Shown piece by piece: positions 62,901 to 64,000 of a stretch of 64,000 bases of DNA. Within the stretch, counting starts at the first letter, position 1. Every line of letters starts with the position of its first letter. The stretch spans positions 5,280,001-5,344,000 of the forward strand of contig CP181291.1 of the NCBI GenBank assembly GCA_052279835.1. Reading direction: 5' to 3'. The stretch comes from Microcoleus sp. Its GTDB lineage: Bacteria; Cyanobacteriota; Cyanobacteriia; Cyanobacteriales; Microcoleaceae. Below the pieces are notes generated by a model. That model ran no database searches. It saw nothing but the letters and a program-made list of their open reading frames with translations, and was not told the DNA's origin. The translations under genes were made by a program, and so were the position numbers.

Positions 62901-63434
62901 ATGGAAACACGAATTTTAGGATTAGATCCGGGCTTAGCCAACCTCGGCTACGGCGCAATTTCTTGTCACATAGTCCCCGGAAAACAAGATGAAAACATCG
63001 TTTCCCTGATTGACTGTGGCGTAATTCAAACAACACCAAAACAAGAAATGGGACAGCGCCTCAAAACAATTTACGAAGATTTGCACTCCGTAATTGAACA
63101 GGTAAAACCAGATGTAGCCATAGCCGAAAAACTCTTCTTTTACAAAATGGGAAATACCATACTTGTAGCCCAAGCGCGGGGAGTTTTGACCCTAGTATTA
63201 GCCCAGTGTGGAGTACCACTGTTCGAGTTTACCCCAGCCCAAATTAAAAAAGCCTTAACTGGGCGCGGGAATGCTGATAAATCGGAAGTGCAAGAAGCCG
63301 TAGCGCGGGAGTTAGAATTAGGTTATATTCCGAAACCCGATGATGCTGCTGATGCTTTAGCCGTAGCTTTAACAGGTTGGTATGATGATGATATTTGTCC
63401 GAAAAAAATAGCATTACAAACTGCCAAAAGTTAA
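62901..63434 (+). CDS. ruvC: Holliday junction resolvase RuvC
   Basis: [48 protein letters not shown] 62901 preferred because the longer start lies in a repeat. Confidence 0.95.
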   Translation: METRILGLDPGLANLGYGAISCHIVPGKQDENIVSLIDCGVIQTTPKQEMGQRLKTIYEDLHSVIEQVKPDVAIAEKLFFYKMGNTILVAQARGVLTLVLAQCGVPLFEFTPAQIKKALTGRGNADKSEVQEAVARELELGYIPKPDDAADALAVALTGWYDDDICPKKIALQTAKS

Positions 63435-63504
63435 TCTCATCTTCCTTCTGTACTGACTCTGACAGGAATTACCCACTTTTCAGACTAAATTCCTGACTAA
63501 GAAG

Positions 63505-64000
63505 TTATTGGGGAAATTTGCCTTCTCTAACTTCTAGGGAATAATCTTTCACAGCTTGAGTAATTGTCGATCGCAAATTGGCATAAGCTTTAGCAAAAGG
63601 CGGCTGTTTTTCCGAAAGCCCTAACAAATCGGAAGTAACTAACACTTGTCCGTCGCAGTGCGGGCCCGCCCCGATACCAATGGTGGGAATAGTTAATTTT
63701 TGAGTAATGCGATCGCCTAAATCAGCGGGAATATGCTCTAATACTATGGCAAAGACACCTGCTTCTTGAAGCGCGATCGACTCTTGCACAATTCTCTCTC
63801 CCGCTTCCACAGTTTTTCCCTGTTTTTTGTAGCCTAGTTGGTGTACAGACTGCGGGGTTAAACCGACGTGTCCCATCACCGGAATTCCGGCGGATGTCAG
63901 TTGCAAAATAGTGGCAATCATGGCTGGATACCCACCTTCTAATTTTACAGCTTGAGCGCCAGTTTCTTTCAACACTCTGCCCGCTGAGTGCATAGCTTGC
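63505..64000 (-). CDS. panB: 3-methyl-2-oxobutanoate hydroxymethyltransferase (5' end outside the window)
   Basis: [41 protein letters not shown]. Confidence 0.95.
   Translation of the reverse strand, partial: QAMHSAGRVLKETGAQAVKLEGGYPAMIATILQLTSAGIPVMGHVGLTPQSVHQLGYKKQGKTVEAGERIVQESIALQEAGVFAIVLEHIPADLGDRITQKLTIPTIGIGAGPHCDGQVLVTSDLLGLSEKQPPFAKAYANLRSTITQAVKDYSLEVREGKFPQ

Overview
This is a 64 kb chromosomal segment of a filamentous cyanobacterium: it has abundant HIP1 GCGATCGC octamers, rbcLXS, pcyA and chlI, and its repeat families suggest Oscillatoriales/Microcoleus-like, which is an inference. Core blocks are folK-NUDIX-photolyase, thrC-like/moaD, asd-dapA-rnj, tig-clpP-clpX, dnaX, pcyA, tatA, rbcL-rbcX-rbcS, chlI, ruvC and panB. 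Two accessory hot spots lie between them. The first (about 8.2-16.4 kb) has Uma2 genes, three toxin-antitoxin modules (two with broken PIN toxins), a CrfC-like dynamin and an NB-ARC ATPase. The second (about 48.8-61.2 kb) has PEP-CTERM proteins, a DUF4160/DUF2442 pair, a DUF559 nuclease, a 1909-aa subtilase/M23/lysozyme-like protein and an M50 peptidase. Three observations stand out. (1) The DUF559 gene is bracketed by a perfect inverted pair of a 35-bp palindromic repeat whose relatives are scattered through the window, including in-frame inside phosphoketolase and dnaX, which resembles the REP/RAYT arrangement but with a different nuclease. (2) The giant multi-hydrolase sits divergently from an M50 peptidase. 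(3) There is a hierarchy of nested miniature repeats, including a 24-nt insertion in a HIP1 site inside chlI. No rRNA, tRNA, CRISPR array, transposase or integrase was recognised. All calls come from reading the sequence; no searches were run.
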